Source of the DNA: Candidatus Phycocordibacter aenigmaticus
Lineage (GTDB): Bacteria > Patescibacteriota > Minisyncoccia > Phycocordibacterales > Phycocordibacteraceae
NCBI GenBank assembly: GCA_045401115.1
Contig: CP174359.1
Location: 291,247 to 355,246, forward strand
Direction: 5' to 3'
DNA: 64,000 nucleotides
Position 1 is the stretch's first letter, and each line of letters starts with the position of its first letter. The notes under the pieces were generated by a model. The model was not told the DNA's origin. It did no database searches and was given only the letters and a program-made list of their open reading frames with translations. Of this stretch, positions 21,956 through 29,165 are shown piece by piece. Made by a program: the position numbers and the translations under genes.

Positions 21956-22099
21956 GTGCGAGTGATGGGACTTGAACCAGAAAGGGGGTCGGGGGAACTG
22001 GGTGTTCCCCCGTGGAGGAGTTAGGCCGCAGGCCGTCATAGAACCGTGGGTTCTATGAGCGCAGCGAAGCAAGCAGTGAAACTCCCATCACTCGCGCAT
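21956..22099. repeat. about 145-bp palindromic element bounded by inverted copies of the tRNA-Asp 3-prime end (GCGAGTGATGGGA...TCCCATCACTCGC), with internal hairpins; MITE-like or att-scar
   Basis: The left arm is the reverse complement of the last about 22 nt of tRNA-Asp. The right arm is a direct copy of the last 16 nt. Internal hairpins GGGGGAACTGGGTGTTCCCCC and ATAGAACCGTGGGTTCTAT. Confidence 0.45.
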
Positions 22100-22101
22100 T
22101 A

Positions 22102-22143
22102 AATAATACAACCCGGATACGAAAGTATTCGGGTTGTATTATT
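22102..22143. repeat. exceptionally long perfect hairpin (19-bp stem, GAAA loop)
   Basis: AATAATACAACCCGGATAC-GAAA-GTATTCGGGTTGTATTATT, read from the sequence. A further inverted, diverged copy of the tRNA-Asp 3-prime end follows at 22147-22175. Confidence 0.6.
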
Positions 22144-22215
22144 TAACAGTGATGGGGGACTTGAACCCGTAGGGGATACAAAACGGTTTTATGTGTAGTG
22201 TGTAGACGACGGCAC

Positions 22216-22806
22216 TCAAAAAGTGTAATTATGTTTTTCAGTTGGTAAAACAGGTGGGGTAGGGCTATGAATATTCTCCATAGCACCAAAAGGTACACGG
22301 AACACAATACGTGCGGTCTCGAACATTGCAACAAGGCCGGTCGTATAAAGCACGTCTCCAATTAACATATTACGAAAAAATGGAAGACCAAGTTCATATG
22401 CGTAAAAAAGACCAGTGACACTTTTTTCATACCACGGCGAGAGTGCCCACACTGCGCCGTTAGTCACTATGAAGAAAATCACTGACGAGGCAAAAAGTGA
22501 AAGTCCAACTGGGACAACATTGCGATGCGTCCGTGTTATCCAACTTATACACGCAATGAGTGCGAATGATCCATACACCGATGCCATTATTTTCCAATCA
22601 TAAAAACCAATAAGTAAATCTGAGGCAAGTAGCGCGAGAAGAGGGAGCGCTATTGCCCAGCGTCGCCCAAGATACATAGCGCCAACAAACGCAATCGCCG
22701 TTATAGGTGTCATGTTTGGCATATGTGGCGCGAGGCGTAACAAGACGCCTAAGATAAGAAGCGTGCCGGCGATGAGTATAATGTGTTTTTGTGTAAGGTG
22801 TGGCAT
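22216..22806 (-). CDS. hypothetical integral membrane protein (5-6 TM, about 196 aa), possible small-substrate transporter component
   Basis: Hydrophobic ORF. It lies beside the DUF4430, PduO and NrdJ cobalamin module. Functional link is inference only. Confidence 0.35.
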   Translation of the reverse strand: MPHLTQKHIILIAGTLLILGVLLRLAPHMPNMTPITAIAFVGAMYLGRRWAIALPLLALLASDLLIGFYDWKIMASVYGSFALIACISWITRTHRNVVPVGLSLFASSVIFFIVTNGAVWALSPWYEKSVTGLFYAYELGLPFFRNMLIGDVLYTTGLVAMFETARIVFRVPFGAMENIHSPTPPVLPTEKHNYTF

Positions 22807-22820
22807 AGATATATTGGTGT

Positions 22821-23258
22821 TTAGAATTCGGACAGTTTAAATTCCCACTGAATATGATCACCTTCAGTAACGATGAGTGCATCAGCTCCTATTTGAGGCA
22901 TGATTCCGTTCACGGTGTACTGCCAATATCTCTTTCTGTCTCCATTTTTTTTATCACCTATCTGGGTAACAAGTGTACCGAGTCCATCGTATGTCTCAGT
23001 AGTAACCTTTAGTTGGTCGTTCTCTTTATCAAGTGTGAGGAGTACGTCGAGTATAGTCGCATCACCTTTAACACGTATTGATTCATCTTGATACATACCT
23101 TCAATAGAGATAGAGATGGTCTGCTGTTCTGTGGTTATTTCCTGTTGTTCCGTGTCACGAGGTAACTCTATCCATCCTGCGAAGAGCCAGATACCCAGTA
23201 GAGCAACAGCGAATGCAAGGGTGATGTTACGTAATAGTGTTTTTTGTTTCTTTTTCAT
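22821..23258 (-). CDS. DUF4430 domain protein (transcobalamin beta-domain-like, putative corrinoid-binding), N-terminal signal/TM
   Basis: C-terminal ...RYWQYTVNG...GADALIVTEGDHIQWEF pattern characteristic of DUF4430. The likely start is MKKKQ (upstream in-frame residues look non-coding). Confidence 0.5.
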   Translation of the reverse strand: MKKKQKTLLRNITLAFAVALLGIWLFAGWIELPRDTEQQEITTEQQTISISIEGMYQDESIRVKGDATILDVLLTLDKENDQLKVTTETYDGLGTLVTQIGDKKNGDRKRYWQYTVNGIMPQIGADALIVTEGDHIQWEFKLSEF

Positions 23259-23268
23259 ATATGTATTG

Positions 23269-23808
23269 TTATGAGTATGTCGGTGATGACTCTTGTACGT
23301 CATCTTTATGTGCGGTATATCGCGCAAGTGCATAGAGTAGACTAGAAAGTCTGTTGAGATATATTTTCGATGTTTGGTTGATATCGCATTGCATACGTGC
23401 TCGTAATACATTACGCTCCACACGTCTTGCTACAGCACGCGCGTAGTCAAGAAACGCTGATGATGCAGTTGAGCCAGGTATGACAAAGGAGTTTGGGTTT
23501 TTCACAATACCCTCTACTGTCTCAATAACATATTCTATGTAGGTCACATGTTCATGAGTCACTTCTTTGTACGCCCCGGCAATCTCAGCTTGGATGATGA
23601 ATAAGTGTTCTTGGACATTTTTTAGTACGTCTGCGGTGTTAATAGGTGTTTCAGTACTCTCGCCGTGAGATGCGCGGTACAATCCCAAAAGTGAATTTAA
23701 TTCATCAACACTGCCAAGTGCTTCGTACAGCACATCATCTTTAGCGAGACGTTTTTTAACCCCAAAGAGTCCTGATGTGCCATTGTCTCCAGTCTTGGTG
23801 TAAAACAT
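23269..23808 (-). CDS. PduO-type ATP:cob(I)alamin adenosyltransferase
   Basis: N-terminal MFYTKTGDNGTSGLF, about 180 aa, helical-bundle family. Confidence 0.75.
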   Translation of the reverse strand: MFYTKTGDNGTSGLFGVKKRLAKDDVLYEALGSVDELNSLLGLYRASHGESTETPINTADVLKNVQEHLFIIQAEIAGAYKEVTHEHVTYIEYVIETVEGIVKNPNSFVIPGSTASSAFLDYARAVARRVERNVLRARMQCDINQTSKIYLNRLSSLLYALARYTAHKDDVQESSPTYS

Positions 23809-23813
23809 ACTAG

Positions 23814-26132
23814 TTATTTTTCTTGAGGAATAACATCATCGATATCACAAGTACCACCGGCACAGGCGAGCTCTTGTTTTTGCTCTGTCTCATCAGTATG
23901 TTCGTATAAGACAAGTTTTGAGTAATCAATTGTTGGGAATGTTTTCATACGTTGTTCATACTCCTCTTTCGTTATCGCTTCATATGGCGCGAGTTGATAC
24001 ACGTGATCGAAGCGGGGGAGGAACGAGAGTCCGCCAACGATTCCCCAATTTTTTTGTATCCAATCAACAACGCTGACCCATTCATGCGCACTTATCGAAA
24101 CAGTCGCTGAGGGGTTATGTTCCGTATAATGTTCTTTTACTCGTTTCCAATACTCAAGCTGTTCAAGTGCGGTGAAGTCGTCTTTACACCGTGCCCCTTC
24201 CGGCGCACGTACGGGAAATTCAAGAACATACGTGTGTGCAGTATCTTTCGATTGCCCAACTTCTGGGTGGTAGGGCACTCCCTGTGCTTTAAGCATTTTA
24301 AAGAGTGAGTCTGTTGCAGATATTCTCACGCGCCGTACGTAGTACGGTGCGTGTCGTGGGTGAATACCGGAAGAACAGTCGAATGTTTGTGAGACGGTTC
24401 CTGAGGGTTTCACTGCAGTAACTGCCATAGATGGTTGTATACCGAATCGTTGCGCGTATTCAGCATTTGTCTTGACCGCAACATCACGTATCGCACGCAT
24501 CGTCTCTGGTTCGCGTGCTACCGGACTATCCCACTGGCCGGTCACCGATACGCCTAGAAGTCGCTCCTCCGTACAGTGTGTTTCCCATTCTTTTGAGATG
24601 TACTTGAATGTAGTGAGTGTTGATTGGTATGTGCCGAGCAGGGCCGCAATACGTGCTTTGCGAATTAGGTCTTCCTGTGAGTCGTGAGCGCGCGCAATAA
24701 CTTCTGATAGGTTACAAAATTGTTTTGATTGCAAGATTATTTCACCACATGGGTTTGTGCCAATAGGTCCTCGCACCACTCCGTCTGTGCCGATAAAGCC
24801 GACCCGAGAGAAATATTGTTTACGTCGCTCAGGGAGGCTGTTATTGAGGGATCCGCGGTTGAAAATACCGCGCTCACCAGATCCAGATTTCATCAGCGCA
24901 ATCCACTCTTCTAATAACTCTTCATTTGTTGGTGTTGTTTCATACACCGCAGAGTTATTTGCCACAGTTCGCTGTGGCTCATTGAGATAAAATTGCCCCT
25001 TCTTGGCGTCACGCATATCAGTGTCATCTAAATCTGAAAGACTTATCATTGCCGTACGCCGTACTCCACCGGAGACAACACATTCACCGATTTTGCAGAT
25101 AATGTCGTGTACATCAATTGATCGAAGTCGACGTCCTTGGCGTTTGAGTATGTGGTCACGCGCAAAGGAGAGTAGGGCGCGCAAGGGTTCTGGACCTGAC
25201 GCCTTACCTCCCATTGTTTTTAATCGTGCCCCCGCAGGGCGAATGAGTGAATAATCAAAAGAAATATCAGCACCGTTGTACCATGCAGTGAGTCCTGCGG
25301 TGAGTGCATCACACCATCCTTCTTTTGAATCGGCGACTGTATGCACGGAAGGTTTGTGTCCGGTCTGTTTTTTTATTTGAGGGAGACGCTCAACATTGTC
25401 ACTTTCAACTGAAAATCCAACCCCGCACCCTTGCATCGAGAGATACATTATCTCAGCGAAGTCAGTGAGCGCAGCGGGGGCAATAAACGTGCAGTTGTAT
25501 GCGCATGTATTACATCGGCGCGCAGGATCACCGGCAAATTGCATAAGGCGCATTGACGGCATGACTTCTTGGGTAAGAATGGCTTCTTGAACCTCAGTGT
25601 ACTCTTTGTTTGTTAACAGTGTGCCGAGGTTTTCATGCATAAAGTCCATATAGCGTGCAACCGTTTCAACCCACGTTTCGCGACGACCTTCTGACTCAAT
25701 CCACCGAGCATAGGTGCGCAGATAAATAAATTCTCCGAGTGGATTATGGGCAAAGTGTTTTTTGCTCTCTTTATGTAGAGCGCGCACATGTTCAGGGACG
25801 GTGCCATTTTTTTCTCGCGTTTCAGCGCGTTCAGACCGATAGAGAATATACGCTTTTGCTGTTTTAAGGGCCCCTGCTTTCATAAGTTCAAGCTCTACGG
25901 CGTCTTGTATATCTTCGACGGTGGGGATGGCACGCTTTGTTCTTGTGTAACGAGCGCATAGCCGTGCTTCCACTGCAGTGGCAATTTGTGTTGCGTTGGC
26001 AATAGCCTGTTCACCGGACGCCTCCATAGCTCGCTGTATAGCAGAGATAATTTTTTCTTGTTGGAAAGGTGCTTTTGCACCACTTCGCTTAATAATGGTG
26101 GTGAGTGAAGCTGTGGATTGTATTGATGACAT
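23814..26132 (-). CDS. nrdJ: adenosylcobalamin-dependent (class II) ribonucleoside-diphosphate/triphosphate reductase
   Basis: 772 aa. Active-site NPCGEI loop, multiple conserved Cys, a C-terminal Cys pair (CAGGTCDID). No adjacent nrdB. B12 enzymes are adjacent. Confidence 0.85.
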   Translation of the reverse strand: MSSIQSTASLTTIIKRSGAKAPFQQEKIISAIQRAMEASGEQAIANATQIATAVEARLCARYTRTKRAIPTVEDIQDAVELELMKAGALKTAKAYILYRSERAETREKNGTVPEHVRALHKESKKHFAHNPLGEFIYLRTYARWIESEGRRETWVETVARYMDFMHENLGTLLTNKEYTEVQEAILTQEVMPSMRLMQFAGDPARRCNTCAYNCTFIAPAALTDFAEIMYLSMQGCGVGFSVESDNVERLPQIKKQTGHKPSVHTVADSKEGWCDALTAGLTAWYNGADISFDYSLIRPAGARLKTMGGKASGPEPLRALLSFARDHILKRQGRRLRSIDVHDIICKIGECVVSGGVRRTAMISLSDLDDTDMRDAKKGQFYLNEPQRTVANNSAVYETTPTNEELLEEWIALMKSGSGERGIFNRGSLNNSLPERRKQYFSRVGFIGTDGVVRGPIGTNPCGEIILQSKQFCNLSEVIARAHDSQEDLIRKARIAALLGTYQSTLTTFKYISKEWETHCTEERLLGVSVTGQWDSPVAREPETMRAIRDVAVKTNAEYAQRFGIQPSMAVTAVKPSGTVSQTFDCSSGIHPRHAPYYVRRVRISATDSLFKMLKAQGVPYHPEVGQSKDTAHTYVLEFPVRAPEGARCKDDFTALEQLEYWKRVKEHYTEHNPSATVSISAHEWVSVVDWIQKNWGIVGGLSFLPRFDHVYQLAPYEAITKEEYEQRMKTFPTIDYSKLVLYEHTDETEQKQELACAGGTCDIDDVIPQEK

Positions 26133-26161
26133 AGTGTGGGAATGGGTTATATTGACAATGG

Positions 26162-26181
26162 TCTATATATCGTAATATAGA
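26162..26181. promoter_or_regulatory. AT-rich palindrome TCTATATATCGTAATATAGA in the divergent nrdJ/arsR intergenic region (candidate operator, NrdR-box-like character)
   Basis: 7-bp perfect arms, read from the sequence. The NrdR assignment is speculative. Confidence 0.3.
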
Positions 26182-26214
26182 TGGGTATCTATAAAACAAA
26201 AAAATCAATATACT

Positions 26215-26577
26215 ATGGGGACAACTAATCGTCGGAACACAAAAAAAACGTCATCGCAACCAATATTTAAACGTCCAAAGTGGGTGCCTAAAAGCGTGAC
26301 CACAGAAGAGGATCTTTGTCCGGATTGTTTTAAGGTAGTGGGTGACCGAAGTCGCTACACACTTGTGGGACTCCTCGGAAAAACGTCTTCAGGAATGACC
26401 GTTGGACAGCTCACTGATGTGTTGCAATTACGGCAACCAACAGTGACTCATCACCTAAAAATACTTGCCTCAGTTGATGCGGTAACGAGTGAAGCACGAG
26501 GACGTGAGCGTGTATATCGATTAAATCGTGATGCTCATTGTTTTGAAGAATGCCAGATTCCATACTCAACTAAATAA
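26215..26577 (+). CDS. ArsR/SmtB family metalloregulatory transcription factor
   Basis: Winged-HTH pattern LTDVLQLRQPTVTHHLKILASVDAV...RERVYRL with Cys residues at both ends. Confidence 0.7.
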   Translation: MGTTNRRNTKKTSSQPIFKRPKWVPKSVTTEEDLCPDCFKVVGDRSRYTLVGLLGKTSSGMTVGQLTDVLQLRQPTVTHHLKILASVDAVTSEARGRERVYRLNRDAHCFEECQIPYSTK

Positions 26578-26585
26578 TTATCTCT

Positions 26586-27818
26586 ATGATTGAAACATTT
26601 CTTCTCATACGCTACTTCTTTTTTGATTGGATTGCGTGGTTCCTTGCGCTACTCGCACTCGGTATTATTCTTTTTATTAGTGCACGTAAGGTGTGTTCGA
26701 CAAAAATGGAACTCTTTTTGCTCGGGTTATTTGCAGCAAGTTCTTTGTTTTGGCTTGCCTCAGTTGGACTTCCGTCGTCTTTAACATATCCATGGAACCT
26801 GCACACCTTTGGTCCGTCTGCAGGACCTGAGTTACCTCTAAAAAACGCACTTACCTTTTTTAAGCATTTTGAAACTATAGAACGTACTGATGAAATCGCA
26901 CGTGATCCACGTAATCTACCACAACCACTAGAACGAGAGGAGGTTGCGGACGTATCAGTAACATTGGAAGCGGTTGAAGTTATTGGTGAAATGGCGCCTG
27001 AGGTAACGTTTAATTACTGGACGTTTGATGGTCAAGTGCCTGGCCCATTTTTACGGGTACGGGAAGGCGACACTGTGCACCTTACGCTTAAAAATCGCGC
27101 ATCAAATATTCACCAACATTCTATTGATCTGCACGCGGTCACTGGTCCTGGTGGTGGTCACGCAGTCACACGGGTAAACCCAGGAGAAGAGAAAACTATG
27201 ACTTTTAAGGCGTTGAATCCTGGTCTTTTTGTGTATCACTGCGCAACACCAAATGTTGCCAACCACATGGCACACGGTATGTATGGACTTATTCTTGTTG
27301 AGCCGGAAAATGGACTCTCAGAAGTTGATCACGAGTTCTACATCATGCAAGGTGAATTCTACAGTCTTGGTCGGCTTGGTCGAAAAGGGCTTCAACTTTT
27401 TGATGGGCAGGCAATGCTCGATAGTCGACCATCTTATGTTGTATTTAATGGTCGCACTGGCGCGCTTACCGATCAGATGACCGTAGGAACAGGGGAGTCG
27501 GTTCGTTTGTATGTGGGTAATGGTGGAGTAAACCTTGTGTCTTCATTCCACCTCATTGGTGAGATATTTAACCGTGTGTATCCTGAAGCGGCAATGGGAC
27601 CAAATACACCAGTGCACGAAAATGTGCAAACAACATTAATACCCGCCGGTGGCGCCACCATTGTTGAATTTAAAACAGAAGTACCAGGCACTTATATTCT
27701 TGTTGATCATGCGTTGGCGCGACTTGACCGTGGTGCATGGGGGACACTTATTGTTGAGGGAGAGGAAGATCCCACAATATTCCATGGAGACTCTTCAGCG
27801 AGTGAGCATAGTCACTAA
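26586..27818 (+). CDS. nirK: copper-containing nitrite reductase (NirK-type two-domain multicopper oxidase) with N-terminal membrane anchor
   Basis: Type-1/type-2 copper ligand motifs: HxH (HQHSIDLHAVTGPGGG), C-x-H-x4-M (HCATPNVANHMAHGMYG). About 340-aa cupredoxin core after two TM helices. Confidence 0.75.
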   Translation: MIETFLLIRYFFFDWIAWFLALLALGIILFISARKVCSTKMELFLLGLFAASSLFWLASVGLPSSLTYPWNLHTFGPSAGPELPLKNALTFFKHFETIERTDEIARDPRNLPQPLEREEVADVSVTLEAVEVIGEMAPEVTFNYWTFDGQVPGPFLRVREGDTVHLTLKNRASNIHQHSIDLHAVTGPGGGHAVTRVNPGEEKTMTFKALNPGLFVYHCATPNVANHMAHGMYGLILVEPENGLSEVDHEFYIMQGEFYSLGRLGRKGLQLFDGQAMLDSRPSYVVFNGRTGALTDQMTVGTGESVRLYVGNGGVNLVSSFHLIGEIFNRVYPEAAMGPNTPVHENVQTTLIPAGGATIVEFKTEVPGTYILVDHALARLDRGAWGTLIVEGEEDPTIFHGDSSASEHSH

Positions 27819-27842
27819 TCAGTAAATGTGGTGCATGTACAT

Positions 27843-27868
27843 AAACGGCTCACTCAGGTGAGCCGTTT
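27843..27868 (+). terminator. terminator hairpin AAACGGCTCA-N6-TGAGCCGTTT (family copy 2)
   Basis: Read from the sequence. Confidence 0.6.
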
Positions 27869-27892
27869 ATGTACATGCTATGCTTTTTGTAT

Positions 27893-28426
27893 ATGAAAAT
27901 CCTCGCAGAACTCACAGAAAAAAGCCTAGGTATTGAACCAGCAGAAGAGATATTGGAAAAAGAATACCGCCTACGGAAATCAGCACGCGCGGTACTGGTA
28001 AACGATAAAGGAGAAGTGTCACTTCAAAATGTCAGCCGTCTTGGTTTTTATAAACTACCCGGCGGCGGTGTCGAGTTGGGAGAGACCGAAGAAGATGCAT
28101 TACGTCGCGAGGTACATGAAGAAGTCGGGTGCGCTATTACCGATATTCACGAGCTTGGTGTGGTGATGCAATATTTTACCCGCCCACGACTTTTGCATAT
28201 TGCCTATGGATATCTAGCGCAGGTAGATGGTGCAGTGGGAGAGCCATCTTTTGAAGAAGGAGAAATTGCCGACGGCATGAAGCCGCTGTGGTGTTCTTTT
28301 GAAGAAGCACGCACTTATATTGATCCTACACAACCACTCGACCACTATGAAGGACAGTTTATTCGAAAACGCGAGCGAATATTTCTTGATGAAGCTGCGC
28401 GACAGCTTGGGATGGGATTAGTTTAG
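27893..28426 (+). CDS. NUDIX hydrolase
   Basis: Nudix box GGVELGETEEDALRREVHEEVG. The start is uncertain, with several in-frame ATGs at 27869-27893. Confidence 0.7.
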   Translation: MKILAELTEKSLGIEPAEEILEKEYRLRKSARAVLVNDKGEVSLQNVSRLGFYKLPGGGVELGETEEDALRREVHEEVGCAITDIHELGVVMQYFTRPRLLHIAYGYLAQVDGAVGEPSFEEGEIADGMKPLWCSFEEARTYIDPTQPLDHYEGQFIRKRERIFLDEAARQLGMGLV

Positions 28427-28435
28427 GGATTTAAA

Positions 28436-28466
28436 AATCACTCGCAATTGCGAGTGATTTTTTGGA
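28436..28466. terminator. bidirectional terminator hairpin AAAAATCACTCGCAATTGCGAGTGATTTTTT
   Basis: Perfect palindrome flanked by A-runs and T-runs on both sides. Confidence 0.6.
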
Positions 28467-28538
28467 GCCACCTCCCGGGATTGAACCGGGGACCTTGTCG
28501 TTACGAGTGACACGCTCTACCAACTGAGCTAAGGTGGC
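28463..28538 (-). tRNA. tRNA-Thr (anticodon CGT), CCA encoded
   Basis: Reverse complement folds as GCCACCT/AGGTGGC acceptor, D-arm GCTCAGTTGGTAGAGC, loop CTCGTAA, T-arm CCCGG-TTCAATC-CCGGG, T-CCA. Confidence 0.75.
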
Positions 28539-28550
28539 AGGTCCTCTGAG

Positions 28551-28830
28551 TGAGGAAACCTGGAGCCGTTGCCCGGGCTTGAACCGGGGACCTCATCCTT
28601 CGCTTACACCTCTCCTTTATGTATACGAGAGGGCTAGACTGTATCTTCATCCAATCTAAGGATTGGATGCCCTTGTCAGTCGTTCGGGCCTGAAAGTAAA
28701 ATTTCATGCCACGGTCTGAGCCCCTCAAGGCCTTTAACCGTTATTCGGGATTCATCTCAACATTACTATTGAGATGGGCAGGGGTGTGCGACCCACCATG
28801 GATGCGCTCTACCGACTGAGCTACAACGGC
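28551..28830 (-). tRNA. tRNA-Thr (anticodon GGT) interrupted by a 204-nt intron between anticodon-loop positions 36 and 37; exons 28795-28830 and 28551-28590
   Basis: Exon 1 is GCCGTTG-TA-GCTCAGTCGGTAGAGC-G-CATCC-ATGGT. Exon 2 is AA-GGATG-AGGTC-CCCGG-TTCAAGC-CCGGG-CAACGGC-T-CCA. Acceptor and anticodon stems pair perfectly and the loop reconstitutes as AUGGUAA. Confidence 0.6.
28591..28794 (-). ncRNA. putative self-splicing group I intron within tRNA-Thr(GGT)
   Basis: Follows exon U36 and ends in G (omega-G). Contains the S-element-like AAGAUACAGUCU (consensus AAGAUAUAGUCY). Size is comparable to the about 205-nt Azoarcus tRNA-Ile intron. No ORF inside. Confidence 0.45.
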
Positions 28831-28940
28831 GAGAGACTAATGAGCATACGCGACTTTTGCAAGCAAGATGAAAATGGAAGCTCGCTTACATTTTCATTGC
28901 TGCGTAGCAAAAGAATGAGTGTATGCTCTCGGCTTGAAGA

Positions 28941-29073
28941 CGTTGCAAGACGACCAAGAGGGAGTCTTACAACGGCTTTCTCTCAGTTCGATGCCGTTGC
29001 AAGGCGACGTTTAGGAGCCTTACAACGAGCAGCATTTTCAACAGGACGGCGTTGCAAGCTTTGCTTACAACAG
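28941..29073 (+). repeat. three tandem imperfect palindromes GTTGCAAG-N(7-19)-CTTACAAC in the prfB leader
   Basis: Units at 28941-28975, 28994-29029 and 29049-29073, read from the sequence. A separate hairpin GATGAAAATG...CATTTTCATTGC lies at 28876-28910. Confidence 0.5.
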
Positions 29074-29165
29074 TCTCTACTCACTGCTACTCTTATTTTT
29101 TAAAGCAGCTCTGCTATAGTACCGAAAAACTCCCATTTTGCCAAAGGTGCGATACACTAGTACCA

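Noticed and set aside
21845-22072. Minus-strand ORFs 21633-21848, 21845-22072 and 22143-22361 in the tRNA-Asp region
   Set aside because: They overlap a well-folded tRNA, terminators and palindromic repeats. They have no start context and odd composition, so they are most likely spurious.
27869-27892. Earlier start codons for the NUDIX gene, and 52210 for the NERD gene
   Set aside because: These ATGs lie inside or immediately against terminator hairpins of the upstream genes. Downstream ATGs were preferred, but the true starts remain uncertain.
28501-29103. ORFs 28501-28728 (minus) and 28774-29103 (plus)
   Set aside because: They lie across the two tRNA-Thr genes, the intron and the palindromic repeats. 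The sequence is better explained as RNA genes and leader repeats.
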